NCBI GenBank assembly: GCA_035250975.1
Contig: DATFEP010000061.1
Span: 112,494-176,493, forward strand
Direction of reading: 5' to 3'
Length of the DNA: 64,000 bases
Source: Nitrososphaeraceae archaeon
GTDB lineage: Archaea > Thermoproteota > Nitrososphaeria > Nitrososphaerales > Nitrososphaeraceae
The position numbers were made by a program, and so were the translations under genes. Under the pieces are notes generated by a model. It had not been told where the DNA came from and made no database searches. It was given only the letters and a program-made list of their open reading frames with translations. Below, piece after piece: positions 41,774 through 51,793 of the stretch (position 1 is its first letter; every line of letters begins with the position of its first letter).

Positions 41774-42937
41774 CTAACTCTTCTTTCCATTTATGATATC
41801 TTCTAAAATTTTTTCTAGTTTATCAATAGATGCAGATAACAAACTAATCTTTTTAAGTGAATGAATTCTTATTATTTTCTTTGTATCCAGTTCAGTCAAG
41901 ATGTCTTCTACATCAAGTTTTTTTATCTTATTTTCTTCAGAGATATCTAGGACCTGCATTCTGATCTCTTTTAGTTCTACATAATCCTTTTTTTTGATTC
42001 GCAATCCTCTAATTATTGCTAGTAGTATAACAATTTGTTCTTTGGATAAATCCTTAATATCCTCATCGGTTATCCCTTTATAAATTTGTTCATGTACTCT
42101 TTTAACTTGGTCTAAGAGTATTTTTTTTGTCCCTTCATTCTCCGCAATATTTCCTGCATATGTTAAAAGATCTAATGCGTATCTAATATCCCCATTTATC
42201 TCAGATGAAATAATTATCCTTGAGATCCAATCTATTATATCTGTAGAGATGACCTCTTTGTGGAAAGCCTCTACTGATCTTTGTACGAGTATATCACTGA
42301 CTTGTTCAATTGTATATGTTGGAAATTCAATTGGTACTCTTCCTAAAGAACTTAATTCTGCTTCATCTAATTTTTCATAAAATTCAGTACTTCTAGCAAT
42401 AAATATGACTCCTTTAACATTACATCTCTTATTAGGGTTGAATTCATTGAGACGGGTCAAGTCATAAATTATTCCAATATCCTTTGATATCTTGATAAGA
42501 TAATCAATCTCATCCAATATTATTAAAGCATAAGATGACGTATTATCGAGATAGTCAATCATTTGTCTTAACATCTCCTCAGCGCTCAATCCTTGTGCTG
42601 GTAATTCCGGAGCGATACACCCAAGCATATATTTATAAATCGCGTATTTGTTACCACCTTGTAATTTTAGATTAATACATACAATTTTCGAATTAATTTT
42701 ATTATTTGCTAGTTCTTCTTTTAATAAATTTCCAAATCTAATAAGTGTAGATGTCTTACCAATTCCAGCTTGACCTATTATCTGTAAAATTGTTAGGGGG
42801 TATTTGTCAGGATCGTTTTTTAAATTACTAAATATTCTTTTGAGTAGATCAATTTGTTTTTCCCTGTGTGGTAACTCTTTTGGAATATATCTTGGCGAAA
42901 GTTTAGTCCGATCCTTAAAAATGAAGTTTCCCTCCAT
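41774..42937 (-). CDS. cdc6: Cdc6/Orc1 replication initiator
   Basis: LSPRYIPKELPHRE, GQAGIGKT (Walker A), IILDEID (Walker B), GDIRYALDLL. Confidence 0.93.
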   Translation of the reverse strand: MEGNFIFKDRTKLSPRYIPKELPHREKQIDLLKRIFSNLKNDPDKYPLTILQIIGQAGIGKTSTLIRFGNLLKEELANNKINSKIVCINLKLQGGNKYAIYKYMLGCIAPELPAQGLSAEEMLRQMIDYLDNTSSYALIILDEIDYLIKISKDIGIIYDLTRLNEFNPNKRCNVKGVIFIARSTEFYEKLDEAELSSLGRVPIEFPTYTIEQVSDILVQRSVEAFHKEVISTDIIDWISRIIISSEINGDIRYALDLLTYAGNIAENEGTKKILLDQVKRVHEQIYKGITDEDIKDLSKEQIVILLAIIRGLRIKKKDYVELKEIRMQVLDISEENKIKKLDVEDILTELDTKKIIRIHSLKKISLLSASIDKLEKILEDIINGKKS

Positions 42938-43065
42938 GAGATTATTTATTCATAATCTATCTAGTTGTTATTATTATTTCTTTATGATTTTTAGACTCGA
43001 TCAAAATAAATTAATAGTATATTGGTCAATTCGTTAGTATCCTCAGATCCAACATATTGATTATC

Positions 43066-44043
43066 TTAAAAAAGTTTATGCTTTGATAATTTCTTTGCTT
43101 TTATAAAATCTACAAAATAGTATAGATATACTCTCTCATTAATTTTTAATATCCATGGAATAAAAGATTCCTTTTTCTGATTAGATTCATTTATTTCAAA
43201 TCCACATTCTTCTATTAATTCTCTGAATGATCTTGCTTCATATTTTTTTTCAATTTCTTTGCCTCTGTTATAATCATATGGATCTGTAAAAATGACATCA
43301 CTATGGGGTTTTAATAATTTATGAACTGATAATAATAATTCCTTTGGGTTTACCAATTCTATTAAATTCATTGCCAATATCAGGTCAAATTTCATATTAT
43401 GAAAAGGGAGAGAACTTACATCACAGACACAAAATTCGGCATTACCTTGTATATCTTCCTGCATCAATTTACGAGCTTCTTTTATAAACGAGAACGAAAG
43501 ATCTACTCCTATGACAAATGAATATTTTTTTGCTAGCTTGAGTGTAGTTTTTCCCATCGCACATCCAAGATCTAGAGCTATTCCATCAAGTTTTGGATTT
43601 ATATTACTAATTACACGATCGTATAGCTCATTTGGATTTATGTTCCATCTTAACGATTTAATTAATCTATCCTCGTCATGTTTTTCTAGTTGGAGCCACT
43701 TATATGGCGAGTACCATATTCCACCATCTTCGTATATGTTACTTCCAATTGGACTAGATAAAGATTCTACAGCGTTTCTCAAAAAATCCTTCATTTCGTT
43801 TGTTTGACATTCTAATAACCATTTCCCATACATTTCAGTACGATTTTGAATATAATTTGGAAAATTCTTTAGAATTATTGCAACCCCTTCTATTATGGGG
43901 TATTTGGAATTACAATCTGGACATATTAAAAAACCTTCAATACACTCTTTTCCCTCATTATCTATTAGATTTTCTATCTGCAATCTGATTTGTTTATCTA
44001 AATGATTTATACATATTAGGTGATTTGCGAAAAGTCTCTTCAA
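43066..44043 (-). CDS. Class I SAM methyltransferase with N-terminal Trm112-like domain
   Basis: LICPDCNSKYPIIEGV at the N-terminus; LDLGCAMG, GVDLS, CDVSSLPF. Confidence 0.85.
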   Translation of the reverse strand: MKRLFANHLICINHLDKQIRLQIENLIDNEGKECIEGFLICPDCNSKYPIIEGVAIILKNFPNYIQNRTEMYGKWLLECQTNEMKDFLRNAVESLSSPIGSNIYEDGGIWYSPYKWLQLEKHDEDRLIKSLRWNINPNELYDRVISNINPKLDGIALDLGCAMGKTTLKLAKKYSFVIGVDLSFSFIKEARKLMQEDIQGNAEFCVCDVSSLPFHNMKFDLILAMNLIELVNPKELLLSVHKLLKPHSDVIFTDPYDYNRGKEIEKKYEARSFRELIEECGFEINESNQKKESFIPWILKINERVYLYYFVDFIKAKKLSKHKLF

Positions 44044-44179
44044 TCTTCTGTCTAAGTAGTAATTATTTGAGAAAAATATAATTCTATGTTATTAGAAAAA
44101 TATGAAGAAAAATAATATCAGATTGTAATAAAAAATGGAAAAATTAAATTTACTATAAAGTAAATTTAGCTATTTTTTT

Positions 44180-45514
44180 TTATGATACTACTACTATTCC
44201 TCTTGATATTCCATTCCTCGTTTCATCGGCTGCTAAAATATCTGGAAAGGTTATTCCTTTGATGTTCAATTCTATCTGGTAAATTCCTTTTGATGGAAAT
44301 TTAATCATCTGTGAATCTGATGCGTTCTTTGCAATTAGATTTTCTTTTTTAATAATTTGATTTCCCTTTTGATCATAAAAAGTTAGGTCATATTTTATGT
44401 CTCCCTTAATCGCTGAATCTACCAGTGCATCAGAAAAGGTTAATTTTAATGCATTATCTTGATTTGATAATACTTCAGTAGGCCATTCAAATCTTGTTAG
44501 TATTCCTCCCCTGTCTGATACAATCTCTGGTGTTGTTTCGACAATTTTTTCTTTAGCTGGCGATAAATTAAATGTCATTGTTTTTAAACCTTGGTTTTGA
44601 AGAGATTCTGCTAGCCTCAAAATATCCGCTTTGTTCAAAAGGAAGTGTAATATTAAGTTCTTTTCCTCTGTGAATGGGTCAATAGCAATGGCCCTTCCAG
44701 TCAAAGGATTACCATTTACTAATGCATGGAAAGAAGTACTATTTCCAAATTCATTAAATACTTTAGGTATCTTGACTTCCTCATGTACGAAAATATTTTG
44801 TTCTTGGATTCTCTTGAGATCCCAATTAAAAGGCATTACCCATGAAATATCTTTCTTTGGTGAATCATAAGTAAAATTCTGTATTTGATCATAATAAGAT
44901 ATTATGGAAATATTGTAGTTCTTGTCACTTTCCTTAATATTGTCCTTATAGATGTCGCCGACACTTAGGTAAGAGTCAAACCTAGGCGCAGTTTCAGGAG
45001 TGAAAATATTTCTATCGTTATCTATTCCAAATATTTCTATTGCAAAGTGATATAATCCTCCTTCCAACAATATGGGGCCGCTTACAGAGATATCTCCGGT
45101 TTCACTTGTCCAACCGCCAAGAAAAGGTTCTGTTGAACCAAATATATTTATAAAATTCCCTTCTTGTGGGTTTATTTTTAGCTTTAAAGGTCCTTGATGT
45201 GAGTGAAACAGGTCCCTCATTATCAATTTTCCATCTTTTTCTACAGAAATAAAATACGATATATGTTCTATGTTTTTGTCAGTCTTCGCGTCAAATAATT
45301 TTAATTCAAAAAAAGCATTTCCCTTGCTTTCAGATGTTAGAATAGGTGGACTGATTTTTGTATATAAACTTGCTTCCCTGTCTCCGACCGATGCAGGAGG
45401 TAATTTTTCTTCGAATAGCCCATCTGCAACAACACTCTGAATAGGACTGAACATAAAAAATACAACTGCAAATAAAACTGATAATAACTCGACATAAATA
45501 ACAAAATTTAACAT
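44180..45514 (-). CDS. Exported thaumarchaeal hypothetical protein
   Basis: Signal peptide (..QSVVA|DG) and a long beta-rich body; no catalytic motif recognised. Confidence 0.75.
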   Translation of the reverse strand: MLNFVIYVELLSVLFAVVFFMFSPIQSVVADGLFEEKLPPASVGDREASLYTKISPPILTSESKGNAFFELKLFDAKTDKNIEHISYFISVEKDGKLIMRDLFHSHQGPLKLKINPQEGNFINIFGSTEPFLGGWTSETGDISVSGPILLEGGLYHFAIEIFGIDNDRNIFTPETAPRFDSYLSVGDIYKDNIKESDKNYNISIISYYDQIQNFTYDSPKKDISWVMPFNWDLKRIQEQNIFVHEEVKIPKVFNEFGNSTSFHALVNGNPLTGRAIAIDPFTEEKNLILHFLLNKADILRLAESLQNQGLKTMTFNLSPAKEKIVETTPEIVSDRGGILTRFEWPTEVLSNQDNALKLTFSDALVDSAIKGDIKYDLTFYDQKGNQIIKKENLIAKNASDSQMIKFPSKGIYQIELNIKGITFPDILAADETRNGISRGIVVVS

Positions 45515-45568
45515 CTAAACGAGTGAATATTGTCTTAGTTTTTAAAAATCTTTCTTTTATAAACCCAT

Positions 45569-46285
45569 TTATTGAATAGATAAAAATTTTTCACATTCAT
45601 AAATCAATCTGGAAACCACAACATGTGCTTCTAACCTATATTTAGATATCGAATATATTTTATCGATCCTGTCAATAACTTCTTGGGAAAGATGTCCACT
45701 CTGAAATCCTCCAATTACAAAAACGTAATGGGCATCCTCTTTTTTTAAGTTTTCAGTTAAAATGGTCTTGATATCTTGATATTTTCCAAATGTAGAAAAG
45801 CCTATAATTTTGTCAGGTTTCACAATTTTTTCTACTAATTCACTAAAAGTCATATCCTTGACCTGTAATAGAATCTTGCTGTCGGAATTTGAGGATAATA
45901 TCTCCTTCTCAAGGAATAACTTCATCATCAATCCTTCAAATCTTTTATAAGATTTTGGAATCCTTAAATTCTCCCCTATCAGGATTACTTTATTATCAAT
46001 TGTGTGAATATAAACTCCTACTAACCTATTATAAAATAAAGGCGTTGAAAGTATACATAATAAACATAAATGTACAATATCAGGACGTCCACGTTTCCAT
46101 CTTGATTCAATTCCTCCCTTTTCCATAGCAGAATAGTGATAATTTATATCTAGCAAAATTTCTTTTACACGTCTTTTCATCTTTTTCGCATGATTTTTAA
46201 CAACAATAATATTTTGTAAGTTTTTTGGGATGGTTTCAATCGCTGCCTCGGCAATTATTATCGATAACCGCAATTTAATAATCAC
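45569..46285 (-). CDS. nep1: 16S rRNA pseudouridine N1-methyltransferase Nep1/Emg1
   Basis: ILLDINYHYSAM, RGRPDIVH, VYIHT, RIPKSYKRFEGLM, IGGFQSG. Confidence 0.92.
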   Translation of the reverse strand: MIIKLRLSIIIAEAAIETIPKNLQNIIVVKNHAKKMKRRVKEILLDINYHYSAMEKGGIESRWKRGRPDIVHLCLLCILSTPLFYNRLVGVYIHTIDNKVILIGENLRIPKSYKRFEGLMMKLFLEKEILSSNSDSKILLQVKDMTFSELVEKIVKPDKIIGFSTFGKYQDIKTILTENLKKEDAHYVFVIGGFQSGHLSQEVIDRIDKIYSISKYRLEAHVVVSRLIYECEKFLSIQ

Positions 46286-46400
46286 TAGTTGTATCTGTTT
46301 ATAATTTGGTTGTGATTCGGTATAAAAAATTAAAATTATTTATTTTTTAATTGATTTTCTTACATTTCAAAGAAAGGTATTTTTATCTCAACAATTCAGT

Positions 46401-46712
46401 TTGATACCTGGTTTGGTAAAAAGTGAGGCTAAATTAGTTGCATACGAACGGATATCTATATTAATCCACAGTGCTCTAAGTGAGAAACACCAAAATTATG
46501 AGCTAGCAAACAAACAAGCACAACTTGCAAAAAAAATTGCAAAAAGACTTAGATTAAAACTTCCATATAATCTTCGCCAATTTTATTGCAAGAAATGTAA
46601 AAATTTTATTTCACCAGGTTACAATTCCAGAGTGCGAATAGGGCGATCTAATGTCAAAGCAATAAGAATTACTTGTCTAAAGTGTAACTATGTATACAGG
46701 AAATTATTTTAA
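46401..46712 (+). CDS. rnp4: RNase P protein Rpp21 (component 4)
   Basis: AYERI, YCKKC, RVRI, ITCLKC. Confidence 0.9.
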   Translation: MIPGLVKSEAKLVAYERISILIHSALSEKHQNYELANKQAQLAKKIAKRLRLKLPYNLRQFYCKKCKNFISPGYNSRVRIGRSNVKAIRITCLKCNYVYRKLF

Positions 46713-46770
46713 CCCATTATGGACAGAGAATAAGGTTTTATAAGGGTTCTAGAGATATTCTGATGTTATA

Positions 46771-47223
46771 ATGGCTAAAGTTTATGATGTGCCAGCTGAT
46801 AAATTTATAGAAAAATTAGCTGGATATTTAAAAAATGATAAAAAAATTGAACCCCCGTCTTGGTCCTATTTTGTAAAAACTGGGCCTCATACTGAAAAAA
46901 TTCCTCAAAATAAAGATTGGTGGTACACCAGATGTGCTTCTCTCTTAAGAAAGGTCTACATTCATGGGCCAGTTTCTGTAGCGGATCTCAAAGGTGTATA
47001 CGGTGGGAAGAAACAAAGAGGATACAATTTGGCACATCACGTAGATGCTAGTGGTGGAATAATTCGTACTGGTTTAAAACAGCTTGAGAGTTCTGGTTAC
47101 ATAGTAAAAAAAGATAAGGGCAGAATAATTTCTGAAGATGGAATGAAGAGAGTGGATAGACTTGCAACTGAACTTCATAAAGAACTTCAAAAAGATTTTC
47201 CCGAGTTAGGCAGGTATTCCTGA
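46771..47223 (+). CDS. rps19e: 30S ribosomal protein S19e
   Basis: VYDVPA, WSYFVKTG, DWWYTRCASLLRKVY. Confidence 0.97.
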   Translation: MAKVYDVPADKFIEKLAGYLKNDKKIEPPSWSYFVKTGPHTEKIPQNKDWWYTRCASLLRKVYIHGPVSVADLKGVYGGKKQRGYNLAHHVDASGGIIRTGLKQLESSGYIVKKDKGRIISEDGMKRVDRLATELHKELQKDFPELGRYS

Positions 47224-47235
47224 ACTTGATGAAAC

Positions 47236-47523
47236 ATGTCACTCCCACAAAATAATAATCCAAGCGAAGAAGAGCGTAAAAGAGAAGCAGAAGCAGAAGC
47301 AATGCGTCAAAAGGTTTTGACGGTACTTTTGGATGCATCTGCGAGACAAAGATTAGCTAATGTTAGGATGGTCAAACCGGAACTAGCAAATGCCGTTGAA
47401 AATTATCTGGTAAATGCGGCCTCCTCTGGTAGGTTAAATCGTGCATTGACTGATGACGAGCTAAAACAAATTTTATTGAGCATTCAAAGTCCCAAGAAAG
47501 ATTTTAAAATTAATCGAATCTAG
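47236..47523 (+). CDS. PDCD5/TFAR19-family DNA-binding protein
   Basis: ARQRLANVRMVKPELA..LTDDELKQIL; conserved position after rps19e. Confidence 0.92.
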   Translation: MSLPQNNNPSEEERKREAEAEAMRQKVLTVLLDASARQRLANVRMVKPELANAVENYLVNAASSGRLNRALTDDELKQILLSIQSPKKDFKINRI

Positions 47524-47618
47524 TATCACCAAACAGGATTACATAATATTGATTTGTGAATCCGTTGTACTATGTAAGTACCATAACAACAGGCTAAATT
47601 TTCATTATTCTGATTAAA

Positions 47619-48275
47619 TTGTTAGACGACTTTCTACATCCTAAACTCCTGATGAAGGTCATTTCACATATTGAAGCTGGAAGATGTCACTTAAAGGAGT
47701 TTCAAAATACACTCGAACTAGACAATGATTCTGTATTTCAAGCTATTGTAAAATATCTGCTCAATAACAATATAGGGCAATTATCTGAAAAAGATAGAAC
47801 AATATCTTTTTCTCGTTCTGATAAAATTCTGATTACTCTGATTGCTATTAGGGGGGGTTGTGACATACAAGAATGTTCGAGATTACTCTCATGGCGAGAT
47901 TTTGAATCATTGACTTCCCAGATATTGGGCCACTTTGAATACGATACCAAAGTTAATATCGTACTAACAAAACCACGATGTCAAATAGACGTAATAGCTA
48001 TAAAAAAAGACTTTTTAATTTCTATCGATTGTAAGCATTGGAAAAATTATAGCATGTCCGCTATTATGCCATATGTTGATAAACAAATAATACGTACCAA
48101 AAATTATTTACGCAATAATAACAAAATAAAAAAGGCCCTCCCTATGCTTTTAACATTATACGATACAAATTTCAAATTTATCAATGGTATACCGATTGTT
48201 CCTATAAGCTTTTTTAAATCATTTATATTTGAATTTGAATCTTTTGATGACAATATAGCGTATATATCAAGATAA
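47619..48275 (+). CDS. Mrr-like/PD-(D/E)xK restriction-endonuclease-fold protein
   Basis: LSWRDFESL, QIDVIA, IDCKHW. Confidence 0.8.
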   Translation: MLDDFLHPKLLMKVISHIEAGRCHLKEFQNTLELDNDSVFQAIVKYLLNNNIGQLSEKDRTISFSRSDKILITLIAIRGGCDIQECSRLLSWRDFESLTSQILGHFEYDTKVNIVLTKPRCQIDVIAIKKDFLISIDCKHWKNYSMSAIMPYVDKQIIRTKNYLRNNNKIKKALPMLLTLYDTNFKFINGIPIVPISFFKSFIFEFESFDDNIAYISR

Positions 48276-48376
48276 ATAAAATTTTAAATACAACTCGGTT
48301 TTAATTAAAAAATTCAAATGCTACAAAACTAAAAACAAACAAAAATAAAAATGGGTAATCTTCACTTTATAATTAT

Positions 48377-48517
48377 CTATGTTGGGCGCCTTAGACCAGA
48401 TGCTATCACGTATGCCAATCCTACTGCTAATCCAAAAGCTAATGGAATCCACACCCCGAAAGTATCTAAATTAATAGGAACATTCAGCTGCTGTATTAAA
48501 TTACCAAATATATCCAT
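48377..48517 (-). CDS. Small membrane protein (46 aa)
   Basis: MDIFGNLIQQLNVPINLDTFGVWIPLAFGLAVGLAYVIASGLRRPT; single TM with basic C-terminus. ATG at 48517 with an upstream TATA-like tttttaaa. Confidence 0.7.
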   Translation of the reverse strand: MDIFGNLIQQLNVPINLDTFGVWIPLAFGLAVGLAYVIASGLRRPT

Positions 48518-48709
48518 TTTCTTCCTATGATAAGAGGAAGGTTGCTTATAAGCGTTTAAAAAATATCGCTTTTTTGTAAACAGAAAATTTTGGTGAATTC
48601 CTAAAATAGTCTTTTGACAGTTAGTTTTCCTCATTATTATCCTTTGGTGATCGCTAAAAGCTTCTCACCACCAGTTTCCTTAAATAACCCTAATATCAAA
48701 AAAATCTAC

Positions 48710-48988
48710 ATGAAGATGCAAAAGGAGATGCGAAAATTTTGTCCTAAGTGTAAGACGCATACCGCTCAATCTGTTTCAATATATAAGAAAGGAAAAGATA
48801 GAAAGACTGCTTTGGGGGCCAGAAGGCATGCAGAAGACAAGAAGGGATACGGCGGTCAAAAATTTCCTGAATTGAAACGTACTGCAAAAACAACTAAGAA
48901 AATTACACTTAGGTACACGTGTAAAACCTGTCAAAGAAAATCCATGAGAGAAGGTATGAGAATGCGAAAATTAGAAATTAGCGCATAA
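48710..48988 (+). CDS. rpl44e: 50S ribosomal protein L44e
   Basis: FCPKCKTHT, KGYGGQKFP, KTTKK..CKTC; ATG at 48710. Confidence 0.96.
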   Translation: MKMQKEMRKFCPKCKTHTAQSVSIYKKGKDRKTALGARRHAEDKKGYGGQKFPELKRTAKTTKKITLRYTCKTCQRKSMREGMRMRKLEISA

Positions 48989-49009
48989 ATTAGTTATTGG
49001 TAATAAAAA

Positions 49010-49207
49010 ATGAATAAAGAGAATATCTTAATTCCGCAACCATCGAGTGAGTATCTCACTATTCAATGCACAAAGTGCAATGATAAAATAATTATCTATT
49101 CCCATACGTCAACGAATATTTACTGCAAAACATGCAATGAATTATTAGCTCAAAAATCTGGCGGTAAAGCAAAGATATTTGGAAATATAATTTCGAATCT
49201 AGATTAG
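49010..49207 (+). CDS. rps27e: 30S ribosomal protein S27e
   Basis: IPQPSS..CTKC..CKTC..GGKA. Confidence 0.95.
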   Translation: MNKENILIPQPSSEYLTIQCTKCNDKIIIYSHTSTNIYCKTCNELLAQKSGGKAKIFGNIISNLD

Positions 49208-49411
49208 TAACTATTATACTTTGTAGAATTCTTATTTTCAAAATACAAAGATATTGTATCAAATTATGATGTTTTGGCAGTATCGTGTGAGTCAACGAAC
49301 AACTAGCATAAAATAGATCTATAATTGTTTATAATTGCTGTTTGGAATTGGAATTTTTTACACTCTAAAACTACAAAATAAAATTATTAGACATTATGTA
49401 GTTAAAATATT

Positions 49412-50062
49412 TCATGTTTGCATTATTCTTTTGGCTTTCTCAAGATCGGATTTTTCATTTACATTAACTGCTATCCCTTTTTGATTTAGTACTATGAATC
49501 TCTCTGGAATCTCATGTTTAAAGTCATATATTTTACTGGGGTTAAAGATTTCAATTCCAGAATAACAATACTCTTTATATTCATAGGTAAAGGAAACACT
49601 TGGCTTTATTCCTAAACCTTCGACAAATTCTTTTTCTATTATAATGGAATTGCATGGAGATCGAAAATCGCATGATTTTAAAATCTCATTTATTTCATCT
49701 TTTGATAATAACGGCAGGTCTGCAGATACGACAAAAATCATGTAGTTAGGAAATTTTTTAAGGATTGAAATCAGATCTAGGGAATAGCTATCTCCATCTG
49801 TTTCAACAAATTCCAGGTCATCAATAATTTTTCTTTTAATTTTTTTTAAGAGAAATGATTTTGTTCTGACTGTATTTTTACTGCTACAGATAACAATTTT
49901 TAGAAAACGTTTGGTATTTATCAAATTTTCAATCATATATTCTATCATTCTTTTATTTCCCAGTTTTATCATAGGTTTGTCAGTCCGATAATTTTTTTTC
50001 ATTCTAGTACCTTTTCCACCACACATTATTACGGCTATAATATTCACCTTTTTTTTAGACAT
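49412..50062 (-). CDS. cobY: Adenosylcobinamide-phosphate guanylyltransferase
   Basis: MCGGKGTRM..KP, SADLPL, NVN..DL; lies in the cob cluster. Confidence 0.85.
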   Translation of the reverse strand: MSKKKVNIIAVIMCGGKGTRMKKNYRTDKPMIKLGNKRMIEYMIENLINTKRFLKIVICSSKNTVRTKSFLLKKIKRKIIDDLEFVETDGDSYSLDLISILKKFPNYMIFVVSADLPLLSKDEINEILKSCDFRSPCNSIIIEKEFVEGLGIKPSVSFTYEYKEYCYSGIEIFNPSKIYDFKHEIPERFIVLNQKGIAVNVNEKSDLEKAKRIMQT

Positions 50063-50064
50063 TA

Positions 50065-50823
50065 TTATGTCGATCCCATAATAACAACATAAATAAAGTA
50101 AATAAAAAATCTTGATAATTCATTACAAGCTCCTATCACATCTCCAGATATTCCCCCGAAAGATCTATTGGAAATTAATAAGAGAAGTGAAGTTACAAGT
50201 AACATTCCAGCAAGTGATAGTGCTACTTGGTAGACTCCTAGTCCAAAAATGATTAGTATTACAACCATCACGATCGTTGATATGATAAACTTTTTTCTGT
50301 TCTTCATCTCAGTAATAAATATTGTATTTATTCCCTCCCATGCAGATTTACCTAAGTAACATTGTAATACCATGCTATACTTGGAAAGAGTTTCAGCAAT
50401 TATAATCAAAGAAAATAATTCAAATTTGTTGTTAATATGAGATACTAAAATAATAATTCCTACTATGTAGATAATAAGTATTACAGTTCCAGCAGTTCCA
50501 TTTCTTGGATCTGTCATCACCTTATGTTTTATATCTTTAGATCCTCTTACCATCAATCCGTCTGCTAGGTCTGCAAGTGCATCTGTGTGGTGTAATCCCG
50601 TAAATGCAATTAAAGCGATTGTTACCATCATCCCAAGCATTAAATCTTGCAAATGGTCATACAGGATGAAAGCTAAAGATCCTACACTAAGTCCTATTAT
50701 GAATCCAGCAATTGGGAATAAATACATATTTTTTGCTATATAGCTAATATCAAAACCTTTTCTTTTCGTTACCGGTATAATGGTTAAAAAAGATAAAATT
50801 GAAAATATATTATCAAATGGCAA
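50065..50823 (-). CDS. cobS: Cobalamin synthase
   Basis: SFLTIIP, TGLHHTDALADLADG, GGISGDVIGA. Confidence 0.95.
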   Translation of the reverse strand: MPFDNIFSILSFLTIIPVTKRKGFDISYIAKNMYLFPIAGFIIGLSVGSLAFILYDHLQDLMLGMMVTIALIAFTGLHHTDALADLADGLMVRGSKDIKHKVMTDPRNGTAGTVILIIYIVGIIILVSHINNKFELFSLIIIAETLSKYSMVLQCYLGKSAWEGINTIFITEMKNRKKFIISTIVMVVILIIFGLGVYQVALSLAGMLLVTSLLLLISNRSFGGISGDVIGACNELSRFFIYFIYVVIMGST

Positions 50824-51793
50824 ATACTATAGACCACCATTTCAAAAGGCCTAATAATAGTATGGTTGGAATAGAGATTAATAGACAAAATAGAATTGTT
50901 GTCATCTTCATTATTTTTATTGCAAGTATGCATTTTTGAATAGATAGTATCTCCTCAGGATTGCCTAATGCATAATGATCTATTTTTTCTAATCTTATCT
51001 TCAATGCTCCTGCCATTGCAGACATTGGATAGCCAGAGTTTACACTAATTGAACAATTACGATCACGCATTAGAATTTTAATAGAGTTTTTCCAATCAGC
51101 CCTTGCTATAATCGATGAAATTATCATTAGCAAAGATGTTATTCTGGCTGGAATATAATTTGCAAATGTATCAGCTTTAGCGGCCATCCATCCAATATTA
51201 ACAAAAAAATTGTTTCTATATCCAATCATAGAATCCAATGTATTTATTATTCTGAACACAAAGGCTCCAGTTGGACCAAAAAAAGAAAAATAAAATAAAG
51301 GCGAAATTATACCATCTACTGTACTATCTGCTATAGATTCTATTGCCGCCGATAGAATATGTTGTTCATCCAGTTTTTGGGTATCTCTGCCTACAATGAG
51401 AGACAGTTTAAGACGTGCATTTTCAATATCATTTCTCTTCAAGGCGTTGATAATATCATCAATATGTTTGCCCATATTTTTTATGGCAATTGTACTGTAA
51501 AGTAGATAAATTGATAGTATAAAAAATATAAAAAAATCAATATTTTTCAAATAAATTAAAAAGACTTGAATGAGGAACGCAGATATCACTATAAAAGATA
51601 TTGTTAAAACCACTCCTCTGATCTTCTCTTCATATTGGTTTTCTTTTTTAGTAATCTTTAATTTTGGGATAAAATATTTTACTATTTTACCCATCCATGA
51701 GACAGGATGAAACCTATTACTAGGATCACCAAACGCCAGATCTAGAGTTATTGAAACAATTAGGATGAAGATAATATGTAGCGATAATATCAT
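50813..51793 (-). CDS. cbiB: Adenosylcobinamide-phosphate synthase
   Basis: GDP..HPV, VGRDT, ESIAD, NTLDSMIGY, NSGYPM. Confidence 0.95.
   Translation of the reverse strand: MILSLHIIFILIVSITLDLAFGDPSNRFHPVSWMGKIVKYFIPKLKITKKENQYEEKIRGVVLTISFIVISAFLIQVFLIYLKNIDFFIFFILSIYLLYSTIAIKNMGKHIDDIINALKRNDIENARLKLSLIVGRDTQKLDEQHILSAAIESIADSTVDGIISPLFYFSFFGPTGAFVFRIINTLDSMIGYRNNFFVNIGWMAAKADTFANYIPARITSLLMIISSIIARADWKNSIKILMRDRNCSISVNSGYPMSAMAGALKIRLEKIDHYALGNPEEILSIQKCILAIKIMKMTTILFCLLISIPTILLLGLLKWWSIVFAI

Noticed and set aside
48614-48709. N-terminal extension of L44e and a ggtga/tcacc hairpin upstream
   Set aside because: L44e homology starts at 48710, and the hairpin is too weak to call a regulatory RNA.
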